A DNA stretch of 55,491 bases, the filler included, from Dimargaris cristalligena (lineage: Eukaryota), in NCBI GenBank assembly GCA_003614675.1. It is 5 parts of 5 records of this genome, joined end to end, with 100 filler letters (N's around TTAATTAATTAA, not from the genome) between each part and the next. Parts side by side here need not be neighbours in the genome. Positions count along the whole stretch, not along the records: positions 1 to 11,039 come from ML003130.1; positions 11,140 to 22,173 come from ML003131.1; 3 more parts are not named here. One strand, written 5' to 3'. The notes below the pieces were generated by a model, which had not been told where the DNA came from, searched no databases, and saw only the letters and a program-made list of their open reading frames with translations. Of the stretch, positions 1-13,050 are shown piece after piece. Position numbers and translations under genes: made by a program. Numbering within the stretch: the stretch's first letter is position 1; each line of letters opens with the position of its first letter.

Positions 1-533
1 GATTGAAAAAGGGAATACTATGATTGACTAAGTAGTCTCAGGTCCTACCACAACAGTAAAAAGTTTAAACAATACGGACCTTATTAATTACAAATAAAAA
101 AATTGGTGTATGGATAGGGTATTTTGGAGCTTACATAGGTCGTGCATTAATTTTTACTAGTTAAAAACAGATAGCCCGATTATGATCTAATTTCCCTTTC
201 ATTCCATAGTCTACTACTCAGCTATGTTCATAATCGCCCCTAGTCTATAACGGGGGGATGGCAATTCAATAAGTAGGTGAATATCCCCAATTTTCGGGGT
301 AGCCACTGTACCCTCCCTCTATGTTATCATATTGAGGCCATTGACGTATGTTCAATTTGGGGAGGGGGGGGTGTACTTATAGAACCGAATATAAATACTG
401 TTCGTCGGTTTGTCCATCTCGTGTGTGGTGGACCTTCCCCACTGGGCAGGGAGGTTGTCTCTATCCAATCAGGCTCACTTAGATAGTTTCGGACAAACCA
501 ATCAACGGTCAACGTGGGCTATAATCGGGGTGT

Positions 534-561
534 TTGTGTGTGTGTGTGTGTAAATGTGTGT
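534..561. repeat. (TG)n microsatellite, imperfect
   Basis: ttgtgtgtgtgtgtgtgtaaatgtgtgt read directly. Confidence 0.75.
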
Positions 562-1657
562 TTGGGGAAGGAGGAATCGGCTACCTAACACCCTTTTATG
601 AGAAAATGTCACCCAGATTGAATAGTATAATTCTAAGAGGCAGTAAAGCTGGGATTATCGATTCTTTTTCATTACCATGTGTACTGTTGTGTATGCCGAA
701 TGACAGCCACGCTAGTATGGATTCCAAGCACAGCCTCCCCAATAAACCTCCTCTACGCCAATCCCAACGATCACATGTATCTATGGTCAGTGTATATTCG
801 AATTGGCTTCCATTTATCAATGCCAAGTTTGCTACTTTCGCACCACACCAGTATTCGTTTTTGTTTTTCCAAGACCAATGGGCTGGTTGGGTTGCTTGCT
901 TCTATTAAGCCCTATTGACGCTGGTGGATTTACAGCTCTACAGACGTGTCAACTACTCCGCTCTTTTCCTATATTTCAGGGGTTCTTCTAGGATCCCTCA
1001 TCAATCAAATACATGAAATCAACTTAGTACTAATATAAACTATTCCCTGGGGTATAACATAATAGTTAATACCGAAAATTTAATTGAGATTAAAGCAGTA
1101 TGGATTTTTTTAAGGAAAATATGCACTTCACTGATTAAAGAATGGCCACAGAATATGAAAAATAGTCCGAGATAAACACTGCTGCGAAAAATCGCAAAAA
1201 CAAAAACAAAAATCCCCACGAAAATAAAATTCGACTAACTGCCACGGTATGGTGATGGCGTAGAGGATATAACTATGCCGGGGAAATGGACAAGAGAGGG
1301 GGTGGGTTGAACAGGCCTAAACGGTTAAAAATATGCTTGGATATCATCGTGGCGAAACGCTGAAATAAGTCTGCGCAGGATATCGCATTGTGTAAACATG
1401 TAAATAGCTTAAATCGAGGATGGACCCAAAAAGGAAAATCCTATATATATATTCCAACATAGCTGAATATGCTCCTATACTAAAAAAGAATACGAAAAAA
1501 AAAACAGTAACCGCGGATTTGTTGGCCGAAATAAGGGTAAAACAGTTTGACGGTACTCACATTAACAGGGGTATTAATATATTTCCTGAATCAAGCCCTG
1601 GGTGTATGATCGAGGAAATGCATCTAGTTCATGAGAGAGAGAGAGAGAGAGCGCATG

Positions 1658-3490
1658 TCAAGATCTGGTTGGGCTGCTATGGCGTGTATCCGGACGGGAA
1701 TGGATATCCTCCGCTGAACCATGATGATGGTAGTCAGACGACCCCACGAACGAGTCAGTAGTTTGATTTCTGGCCAACTGTTTTAATTGATGACGGAGGT
1801 TCTGGGCCTATGAAAATTGGGCAACCCCCCCCAAAAAAAATGTATAAAAAATAATTGAGGCCAGAGGTGGGATAGTTAATAATTGATCCAGATTAAAAGC
1901 AGTGTATGTAATTACCTAATCGTATAATACATCCGTATTTCATTTTGACTATCCTGTTTAAGGTATTCCCTGCCTTCCTAAGTACTTACATCGCTATCCA
2001 CTTTAGAATTCAGGACGCGGAGTTCATGGTTGTTGATATGGAGCTGGTCGATTTCCTGCCGAATCTCCTCCATCGTCATGGTACCAGGGTCACGGTACAC
2101 CACATCCGGCGGATTCGGACATTGTAGCGAGTCCAACAGGGAGCGATTACGTAGCAATTCATCGGCCCGGGGCAGCTCGGATACGGCCATGTCCGTAAGC
2201 TCTGGTGCATCGGCCAGGATCTGCAACTGTTCTACTTGTTGGGTAAAAAAATCCACCTTGGCCTCTAGGTCCTGGTGTTCCTTCAGCTGACGCTGTTTTT
2301 CGGACTTCTTGCGTTCCCGGAATTGCTTGGAGGCATTCTTATTCTGCTCCCGGCGCCGTTCCCGCTTGCGCTGCTCTTCTTCCGGATCGGGCGGGATGTG
2401 ATCCATTTCACTGTAGTACCGGAATGAGCCGTGGGATTTGGGTCGGTGGGAGAGACGGGGCTTAACAGTGGTAGGCGATAAGTGGCCTGGGGGGAAAAGC
2501 TGGGTATTATGGGAATGGGGTGTTGAGGGAAAAACGATAATGGTGGATTCACTGCCGGGGGATAGGGCGGTGGTGGAGTTGGTCAAGTCTAGCAAGGCCG
2601 ATGTTACGGTGGGATCAGTGGAATTGAAGCTGGAGGGGCCGGGGTTGGGGGCAATTGGGTGAGGGCGGGGGAATAGGGCCGGGCGGAGCGGTACGGGGTA
2701 CGTCCGACTAGACGGTAAATTCGTAGATGGAGATGGATTAATATTCCGACACGATTGAAGAACCGGGATCGGTTCCACTAAGGTGCTTGGATATACGGAA
2801 TATTCCGCTGGTGTTCGCTGGTTAGACTCGGTATTATGCCCAGTGGGATAATTAAATGGAGCTTCGTCGTATACTTGCTATGGATAGTATATATTGTGCG
2901 GAGATCATTCAAGTAAAACCAATAGAAGGTATATATGAGTGGGAATTAATAGCTTAGGTAGAGTATCTCAACCGGATAATGATTTGTTGAGTGGTGGTGG
3001 ATCAAAAGTATCACAACTCACCGCGCGTGGGATTGGCGCGGCCACTACTGGCTGGGAAGTACGCCGAGATAGCAAAATAGGGTGCGGCTAAATCAGGCAT
3101 CGTTATATATATTCCAGTGGATATAATAGGGAACTGGTCGCAGTGAACAGTCTTGGGATGGATTTTCGGGATTATATGGATACTTGGAAGCCAATGCGAT
3201 ACGGTGGGATAGGAGGATGGAGAATGGCTTACACAAAGGGGAGATACCGGCGGTAAAATGATGGGCGGAGCACCCCCTCCAGTCGAGTCGGTCAGACTAG
3301 GCAATGGTAGGGCGCTGGTTGGAGGAGCCAATGGTTCTTGATACTGGCGTAATGGGGGCAGAGTCCGACCCTGGCGAATAAAACGAGGTAATAAGTTGGA
3401 AAATTCCGAATCGGGTGGAGGAGGAAGACGAGGAAGAGGTTGGGTCGATTCAGCCAGCTCTTCCCCATGGCTAGGAGGAGTCCCATCCAT
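1658..3490 (-). CDS. bZIP transcription factor, ~453 aa; predicted exons 3490-3233, 3087-3022, 2877-1990, 1807-1658
   Basis: Basic region plus zipper RKRERRREQNKNASKQFRERKKSEKQRQLKEHQDLEAKVDFFTQQVEQLQ in ORF 1978..2778. GT(A/G)AG donors and TAG acceptors join four phase-0 exons into one open frame. Pro/Ser-rich N-terminus and a second coiled coil (EIRQEIDQLHINNHELRVLNSKVDSD|AQNLRHQLKQL). Confidence 0.8.
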
Positions 3491-6345
3491 AGTAATAGTA
3501 GTGATGTTCACAGTAAAAGGATTAAAGATAGACAGAGAGGTATGGGAAAATAATCCCGGCCTGAGAGTTGGGTGGGAAAAATTATTGGTCCACGGGGAAT
3601 AAAGAACCGCTGGAGTGACGGTGTATAATGGGAAAGTCACACACTAGGGTGGACAGGACGACTAGTAGGAGTAGTGAAGTGGATAGGTAATGGGGTATAT
3701 AGTGTACAGGGTTATATTGAGTAGGCCAATGGAGGAGAGGGATACACTAGTAAGGGTGGAGAGGAGGAGTAAGATAAGAATTGGCGAAAGAGCAGCTACC
3801 CATAGTGGAGCACATTAGGCATAAAGTCGGGGATTCGAGACATAAAGGACATGAGAGGGGTATATAGGCCGGGTTAAGAACGGACCAGAGCCAAGTCACC
3901 CGTCTCTATGAAGAGCGGAGAAGAGAGGAGGGGGACTAAATGCAGAGGACATAGTATAGCCAGGAATACACCAACTGGACCATACCCCCCCCCCTCTCTC
4001 TCCCTCTCTCCGCCTAACTGCTAAGCCATTGCTGAGTGCGAGAGATGGGAGGGGGGGAGGGTCAATGGGCTTGACGACAGGAGCCAGCTTTGGTATTTCT
4101 GATGGAAAAGCTTACTAGGTATTGCAGAAATTCAGGCAGTAGTACAAACTCGGCCTCCTGATAAACCAAAGGGAAAGGCATGCCACACTGTGGTTTGACT
4201 CGGCCTTATAGGGCGGTGTATATGTATGTGTGTATGTGTGGGGGGGGTCTTTTAACGCGACGGTATACCCCCCTCTCCCTCCCACCCCAGACTCATCGAA
4301 GCCATATGGAGGGGGGGGGTACACCCGAGGCTAATTCCAGGGACGGAAGTATAATGGGAATTTAGGCTTACCTGAAGAAAGAAAACCACGACTGACGGAG
4401 GAGACGAGGAGTTTACGGAGTGGACTACGGAGGTTTCGGGGAGGGACAATGGCGTGAGTGGGCAGGGGCGGTTGGTCACTAATAATTCAAGCGGCACGAG
4501 GGGTAGGGCGCGCCTAATGGTACGGTCGCGAGGAGAACAGCGGAAGCGGAAGCGGGTGAGGTTGCGGAATAAGGGAGGGAGGGGATACCACCGCCCATTC
4601 AGCATAGCACTGCAGGTACTGGACCAAGGAGGAGGTGGGTTGGGTTGTCTGCGTGTGGAAGCAGCAGGTGGTAGCCACAACGAACCCCCCGGGTACGGAA
4701 GTGAAGAAGGGGCACTGTAATCCCCTTTGGGGTGGGCTAACCGGGCGTGGTCGGAGAAACGGGAGAAGAAGGACTAGCCCTAAAAAAATATGGAGCCAAT
4801 TATACGAAAAAGTAAAAAAAATAACGGCCGAGTGTATAGGGAGGAAGGTGGGAAAGCACTGGTTGGATAGGGAGGGGGGAGTCACGAACTGCGGGGTGGT
4901 CGAGTAGAATTACAGAACCCCACTGGGGTGGGTGGCCCGAGAGCACGGGAAGGGGAGGCCGTCACTGGGCACTCATAAAGCCTCGAGAGGAATTGAATCA
5001 AGGTACAGGACGAAGAAGGAAAGGTAGGTAGGGAGTGAGGAGAGAAGAAGAGAAGAGGGGGCTACACCCTGTTTCGACACCCGGCAACCAATATTAAGCC
5101 AAGCCGTACAGGATCAGGATCAGGAGAAGCAGGGGCAACGGTGGTGTCGGAGGAGGAGGGAGAAGAACAGTAGTAGACAAGACAATGACGACGGGGCAAT
5201 GTAAGATGCAGAGAGAGGTAAAGGAATTATGCAGGAGACCAGTAATTCGGTACAGTAGAATGCAGGATGAAGTGAATAGAAGGAAGCACCACGTGCAGCC
5301 GCTCGATAAATTCCGACCAATGGTTATCAGGGGTAAGACGCGAGAGGTCCAATAGAAAAGAAGGAGGGAGGGAGTTTACGGGCCTGCCATCGGGGAGGAC
5401 CCCCTCATATAAAACCCCGACCGCGTCGGGGGGAGATGGAGAGGAAATAAGGGATCCCTCCTAATAGCTCCGCCAAATAAAAAGCCAATTGGCAGCAAGA
5501 AAAATGACGGTGACGACTAGAATGACGATGATGATGATTATGCGGGTGAGCTCAAGCTCAAGCTCAATGTTCAATATAGTAATTAATCCGATTGGAATAA
5601 GCCCAAGCCTATAAAAGGGTGGTGGAAAAATAAATTGCCCGCCCCTGCAAAAAACATCCCATGGATGGGGAACTAAAATAAAGTACGATAATAAATATTG
5701 ACCCACCAAGATTAGACCTAGAAAGATGGATGGGCCAGTGCTCTAGTCAACGATACTCCTCCCCTCAGCACAACGAAGTCTATTGGAGACGTATGTGTAT
5801 ATATATATAATATAAATATGAAAAACACACCAGTGCAGGTCTGGCAAGGTCACTCAACCCACTAGTCGCCAAGTAATAAAAAAAAGTCGAAACACTCCGT
5901 AAATTATCGACCCTTCAACAATCGAGCTACCAGTTAACCAACGCCCATCACGGCAGGTGGTTGGATGGGCATGGCCACCCAGCTGGATACACTGTGGTCT
6001 TAAGCACGCCCCAAAAGGTAGAGGTAAAGAGTGGGTGTAGGAAAGGAAGAAATACTCACTGTAGCCCGGGTCCCCCTTGGACAGCAAAGTATGTAAAAAC
6101 AACGCTGCCGCCCTCCTACACAGCCTAGTCAAATTGATTGAAGAGTTTACCAGAAACAAGCATGGTAGTCCCCACTCCCGGAACAGCAGATATAAAACAT
6201 TAGACCATGGCTAAGATAGGCAATAGGGAGGATTAATCCCCTCGCTCTCCTTCCAAAAAATATAAAGACTCAATCTTTAGTGTCGAACTAATAAAACGGG
6301 AAACACAAAAAGGTTTTGCTAGAACTTGGGGCCACCCACCTACTT

Positions 6346-6365
6346 ATATATATATATATATATAT
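6346..6365. repeat. (TA)n microsatellite
   Basis: About 10 TA units read directly. Confidence 0.8.
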
Positions 6366-9219
6366 GCGCTTGGCCATACAACCTATTATTCACCTAGCCC
6401 TTTCGTGGGGTGCGGGTTCCTCTAGCCCGAAACGCGATTTTCCACTGGATTGGCCAAGCAGAGAGTGTGGTCCCAATTATTAATTGACTGTAGAGCCGTA
6501 TCGCCAACAAAAAGGATATACATGGTCTATATTATGGCCGTGGTCCTAGATTCTTCCATTGAAAAAACCACCTACGCATAGCCATTAATTAGGTTCTAGA
6601 GCCCCCACTCCCGTTGTTATCACCCAACCGTCTTCCCTCCTCCACGTATCCCTCGTCGTCCTCATACACACCCAATCTTCCCACCCGAGCCTCAGTGTTC
6701 CAAAATGGCTGAGTGTTTCATTATGGTAACGGAAAGGGAGAGGAGGGGGGGATGAATGGCCGTCGTACAGCACAAATGTAGAGAAATTGACACACCTCAA
6801 GCGAACAAAGATCGGCCAAGCTGATAAATGTGCCGCGTTTTACATATCCGCTCACCACCCCCTTCTTTCCATCTTCCCTTATCCATCCCCTCAGCACCGC
6901 CACCATCCGACTGGATCACCTAATTTTGTCCCCACCGGTGATGCAGCATCGTGGCCGTGGTAGTGAACCTATCGACTCTTCCGACCGGGGCCAACATCGC
7001 CAGGCAACCTATACCACATACCAATAGACTGGCGTTACATACACCGCGGCCCCCCTCAGCACTCCCCTTGACTGTCAATGATGACAGAACACTGGCCCAT
7101 TGAACCCCGACTAGCCTGCAGCGGCATGCGGGTATATGTTTGGTAGATCTGCGAAACTATTGATTCATATACCACTCTATTTGCCCCTAACCACAACCCC
7201 ATCACGCCGACATAAATACTATTCAAGGCCCTAAAGACTCCCTAGCGCGCTATTCCCCTAGTCCATGCAAAAAAAATTAAATTAATAGGCATTTGGGATT
7301 TAGACCGGGGCCCATCTTCTCCTCCTCCGGCCGACTCCCCTTTCTGACCTTCCAACGCGTCTAGCTGACTTATTTTGTTAAAAAAAATGAGGGGTGGAAT
7401 CGGAATAAGAAGAAGAAGCAAAAAAACCAAATCACGCCACTCGGTGCTTCTACTACATTTGTCAAGTATAAATCACACGCGTTTTCTAGTACCCTTCCGC
7501 TCTACTATACAAATTATTAAAAAATTAAATAACCTTAATGGGTCGCCCAGCCAATGGATATCATCCCAATAAATAGGATCAATCCAGCCGCCTCAACTCC
7601 GTTCCTACTTCGGAAAGTCAACCAATGGAAACATGCCTACTAACAACAGAGATAAGCTGGGAACCAATTGCCATTACTATACTGACCTTAACCCAACTGA
7701 ATGGGAGCTGAGGGGACTGTCTAGAACATTATCAATACCATTTTCATTGGACGGACTGGAAAAAAGGAAGGGGAAGAGGAGGCGTGGTGTGAGTACTATT
7801 GGTCCATCTACCGGGTGTTGGAAGGCCACAGGGTAATATGGGGGTATTGGCCTGTTACGATTTACCTTCCCTAATTGCACTCGCACTGCGGGCCAATCTG
7901 TTTCAGGTCCAATTATCAGTTACTTGCCATTGTTCCAGTTGGGTGTATGGCATTATAAGGGTCCACCAATTATTGTTAAATACCTTATAGTTTGACCAAC
8001 GCTCCCTGATAAGCCAGAATAGCGTCGAATCTAGCCAATACGATCCCTCATTTTTACGCAAGGTACGTTGACAACCAGTGTATAACCCATCCATGGTACG
8101 AGTCCAGGCCCCATAGTTAGTCGATTCATTTATAATTAGGCCTCCTCCTATACCCCCAAATGGTAGGATTTTTTACAGGTTCCAGGTCTGGTTCAGTTGC
8201 CCCATCAAACGTGCCTTAAAGTCCCACGCTCAGGTCTGAATACCTCCCACCATGCCCCCCCTCTATCACGTGGTTGATTGACCTCTTCATTTGGTGGCGG
8301 TTTCCAATGGCTATTATGTTCCCTCTTGAATGCCAAAATTCAACATTCCTGCACTCGTTGTCCCTACACTACCAGTCCCCTCATCCTCCCTACCAATACT
8401 ATACTCATTGGCTGGGTCAGTGAGATATGCTTGTTTGGTGTAATACTTGTACACTTTCCTGCCCAAAAGAATCAAACTCCTTTGACTCTCACCCTTTCAT
8501 ATGTGCTATTACTAATACTACCAGGCCTAGGAATTCACTCCCGACACAACTTATACCACTCCTCTAATGTATTCATCTTGCAGAGTGGCTGAAATCTTGT
8601 AGTTTTTTTTTTGGGGGGTTGAGAGCTATATTTTTTAATTTCTATATGGCAATCCGGCTTCTATTCTCCGATACTGGTAAGTAATACGCTTTTAGTGCAA
8701 TTGGGATCCCTTTGACCAGTGCCCTCCAATACCTGGACGACCAAATCTAAAATCTAGGCATAGATTTAAAATAATAGCGGGAAAAAATATAATAGGACGT
8801 CCTTTTACAACGTTGGTTTTATAGATAATAAAATGATAGTTTAAACAGAAAACCACTAGTTACCATTCTGCCCAATACTCCATAATTTAAACTCCTGTAA
8901 AATATTGCAGCCACCCCTACAGTATAAGGTATAACCCAGCCATGATGGGTGCGATATAATGATCTATAAAAGTTGTAAAGTAATTACTCAGGAGGGGAGG
9001 GTAGTTTCCAATTTTTGGATAAACAAAAATTGTTTAGGCTAATTAGACTGGTATGATACATTGTTGGGGAGCAACTGTTCTCCAGATTATGGTGTTACTC
9101 AATTCCAATATACGTCCTTATCTCCAAAATATAAATAAAGAGGGGGGGGGGTTCAAAGAATAATCCTACAACATTCTAGCCAAAAAAATATTGAATGATT
9201 GAGGGCTTAGGATCCCGAG

Positions 9220-11039
9220 CCATAATAGAATGTATGAACCATATTAGAGTGTCATTCTCACTTTATTAATTAATACCAGAGGGATTGGAAGAAATGGTAT
9301 TTCCTGATCAATCCACATGTATGAATATCACATGATATTATCCATTCCAGATCAATTGAACCTAGATACTATATATTACCTAGAAAGCAAAATAGCCAGA
9401 TTATTTTGCTGTAAACATCTGCATGTAATCCCAGTAAACTAATACTAAGGGAGATAAATATGGTTAATATCTGCAGATTATAATGAAATTGTTCCTACAG
9501 GGCAAAATTCAGGCACTCAGCAATAAACTAAATGTGATATATTTAGACCAATCAGATATCACTGTTTTGACTTAAAGAAATAAATGGGAATGTGTATTCA
9601 AAATGAAGGGCTAGTTTTCCATATTTGTAATTTAGTCAGACTTAAGCATAATTTGTTCTGACAACTGGTACCTTTATTATTACCCAACTCCCACAAATGG
9701 CAGACTATAAAGATTGCTAATGTGTCCATCTAAAATGACTTAACTGGTTCATCAGTCTAACCCTATGGAAAATGCCCATGCATAAATAGACACTAATGGG
9801 ACAGCCATCTATTATAATAATGCACCTTTCAAATCCAAATCTATGTTGACAGGGTATGGCTCTAATATTTGTTGCATTAATCACCAAAACCATCATATTA
9901 TTATGTGTTAGAATGAATGAATATACTATGATGCAAAGCCTTGGTGTATCAAAGTGAATGAAAGTAAAGAAAGCTGTGAGAGTTGTATGGAATATACTCC
10001 ACTATGTGTTTTATTGTATGACTATTGACTGTGTTGAGAGTTGGGATATAATTCTCCCTATGATGGGAGAATCTCTAAGAATATAATTTGATAGAGGCAT
10101 GAGCTGCCTTTCTAACAAATAGTACTGTAGGAAAATTGGAGTGTTCTATAAAGTAACCAAACTTGGCAACAGTTGTCAGAAACCATAATATAGGAAATGC
10201 ACAAAGAATCAGAAAGAGTTTTAAAGAATAATGTGCTAACACATTATTTGATAATGAGACTAACCTAGTTGAATGGTCTTCATACATTTAGAAATGCAAA
10301 AGTGATACCTGATTATTCCTTATATTTAGATGTCTTTTTAAAAATTGAACCTTATTGAATTATAATAACCATAATAACCCATTTTGTTAGATCTAACATC
10401 TATTCCATCTATTTTATTGCTTTATTTCTAATTACCTGACTACCATTATATCACATCTTCTCTTAGTGTTCAATTCATGTAACTTCTCTTAAAAAAAGCT
10501 ATTGTTTATATCTTTTTCTCATCTTCCAGAGTCTTTTGTATAGCTAACTATCCTTTGATAAACTAATAATCTCTTCTATTTAATTACATTGAGTTATACC
10601 TAACATCTATAACTACTATTCATTTATAAATTCTGGCCAATCTCTTCCTATTAATAACTCTTATATAATACTTTACCTTTCTATTATCTACAGTAATATG
10701 TAGTAAGTTAAAGAAATATATGTTTCATCATTGGTCTTATTTGAATGTTACAAAGGGCAGGCTAAATAACTATAGTAATATCATGACTGGCTAATTTGAA
10801 CTATAAGAATAACCAGCCATACAAGTAAAAACCCATGCCAATAGATGGGTAAATTAACAGTAACATTATAGAAATATATCCCCATTATCCTACTGTATTT
10901 TATTCCCATTGTTATATTCTCCATATTACCTAGTTACTGATTTATATTTATTGGTTGTCATCATTCTTCTCCTGCCCCTTGAGTTGGGATATAACCCCAA
11001 CCATTCCCCCACAGCTTGCTCTTTAGCTTGCAACTCCTC
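9220..11039. mobile_element. Heavily decayed repeat/transposon-like relic, class unresolved; possible LTR start TGTTACA at 10746
   Basis: AT-rich; no CpG seen by eye in ~1.8 kb; no long ORF; lies at a contig end. One + frame reads protein-like between stops (CPCINRH*WDSHLL**C, weakly like the C-terminal Cys/His knuckle of LINE RTs). Confidence 0.5.
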
Positions 11040-11139
11040 NNNNNNNNNNNNNNNNNNNNNNNNNNNNNNNNNNNNNNNNNNNNTTAATTAATTAANNNNN
11101 NNNNNNNNNNNNNNNNNNNNNNNNNNNNNNNNNNNNNNN
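11040..11139. other. Artificial contig spacer N44-TTAATTAATTAA-N44
   Basis: 100-bp spacer with a stop-in-all-frames core, repeated identically four times. Confidence 0.98.
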
Positions 11140-11781
11140 ACTACGTTCGTGGCCTCCAACGGAGCTTGGATTAGCCATTGGTGGCTGAATCGACTTAGAA
11201 CGAGTTCGTCGGGGGACTCGGTATCACCCAAGATGTTTTTCAGGTTGGCCAAGAATTGGTTAGCCTTAATGGGTGGGGAGAGGGGTGTGGATGAATTATA
11301 AGAAGCAGGCAAGAGTGTGGATGTGTGGGCGAGGATTAGAGTCTGTGATCTTTGCTAGACCCTAATTGGCTACTGGGATGTGCACCCTTTCCATATAACC
11401 ACAACGCTCATTTATTAATTGGTATATGTATACCGCCCACCAAATATAAATACTGCAAATCCACAGGCTTTAGTGGAGCGGATAAAACTCAAAAACCAAA
11501 AAAGCAAAAAAACAATAGCACAATATTCTTATTACCTTTTTCGGTACCTCAGGGTCTTTTAATATATCCGCGCCCATCATCACTGGGGCCCACCAAACGT
11601 ACTCCGAAAGACCAATATTTTCCATGATATCCTCCTTCATGAGTGCGGGCAAGGAGGTAATGGACTCGAGGTATTCCGGGTTGGGCCTTTCAATATCATC
11701 GTTGCACCTTGGATTGAGCGGTGAGTTGAAGGAAGCCAAATTACTGACAACCCACCCGAGGAGAGTATCTTTCAGCAGCAT
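11140..11781 (-). CDS. Hypothetical protein, 3'-truncated by contig end; exons 11781-11536 and 11342-<11140
   Basis: ATG at 11781, donor AAG|GTAATA at 11535, acceptor CACAG| at 11343. Phase-0 join gives ...DPEVPKK|TLILAHTSTLLPASYNSS...EATNV, open to the gap. No recognised domain. Confidence 0.55.
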
Positions 11782-13050
11782 AGTGATTAAATTATAGGAT
11801 TAGAGGAGTGAGTAGTTATTTTAAAATGCCTGTATATAAATAGTCCAAAAGATCAATCAAAAGGTCCGGTAGTCTACTGGGCAGCGGTCGGGTAGGATCT
11901 GATAGGCAGTCGGGAGGATGCAGAGGGCCAAACGAAAGGTAGGATGAAAGTAATATGTAGTAAAAATAGCGATAGGGCCTTATTGATAACATAATGAGCA
12001 CGCCTTCAATTTTTCACATTGATCAGTAGCCGATTTTTTTTTGCCCTTTGCCCCTCTCGAATCCCTCTGTAAGCAAAATAACCAAAAAAGAGAATTTTAG
12101 TATTGTAATTAATATATTGGCAGTGATGGCAATTCTTTAAAATACACAATGCTACTACCATGGGTGACACCAAGTTGTCTTTTCTATTCCCATGGCCATA
12201 TCCCCTAAATCCTTTAGCATCACTCACTGCTCACCACCCCCCAACCAAGCCAAACGCCAGAGAAGGCTTTTAAGCAAGCGCAAAATTACAAATGGACCAA
12301 TTGATTTGAACTTTCAGTCCAAGCATCAGGTGAAAAGAATACAAGAGAAGCCCCCTCAGTTGCTAGTGGAACCGTGAGTCCTACTAGTGGTTTGCCCTTA
12401 GCCTCTGTGCTGTGGGACACACAGTGTTTCTTTCAACCACGAATGAAGCTATACCCCACCGCCTCCCTCCTGGGCCCCTCTGTCAATAATTCTCCCCCAA
12501 TTGAAAATAGAGGCTATGACCAAAGGGTCGCCTGCCTTAGATTCACTTTAAATAAAACTCTACTTCACCTGTGGGTGGAGGCCGTATCCCCCCCCTTATT
12601 ATTCGCTAAAAAGCATTTAAAGTGATAAGGTAAGGTGGTACAAAAGCGCAACCAAGCTATTAAAACTGACCAACTTATACCAATCCCTATCCCTGAATCA
12701 CCCCCGCCCTTTCCGTCAGCTGCGAATAGTTGAACACGAACTAGGCATATATTTAGGAAGCCTCTGTGATGCACACACAACGCCTTGCCCTACGGAGGTG
12801 AGATCAGAGCGAGGAGTTCTCTCTGGGCGCAAATTAAGTTCGAATACTGTATATTTATAATTGCTCAACTCATTAAAAACCAGACGACTCGGCCCCCTGT
12901 AAATGGCACTAAACTCCCCGATCATAGACAATGGGAATAAACAGGAGTAGTTAGGACAAGATGATCCTGCTTAACCAGCTCTTCATCACCCAAGGGCTGT
13001 CAAGAAAAAATTGTCTAGGCAGTCAGGAGGTTTTCTTCTCATCCGGAACT

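Noticed and set aside
1420..1761. 113-aa plus-strand ORF
   Set aside because: Overlaps the last bZIP exon in antisense and runs through A-tracts and a (GA)n microsatellite
1978..2400. HAC1/XBP1-type unconventional intron in the bZIP gene
   Set aside because: The basic region is not HAC1-like, and the frame is completed by ordinary GT-AG splicing
5057..5090. tRNA-like 3' end (GTTTCGACACCCGGCAACCA)
   Set aside because: No cloverleaf, D-arm or matching acceptor stem
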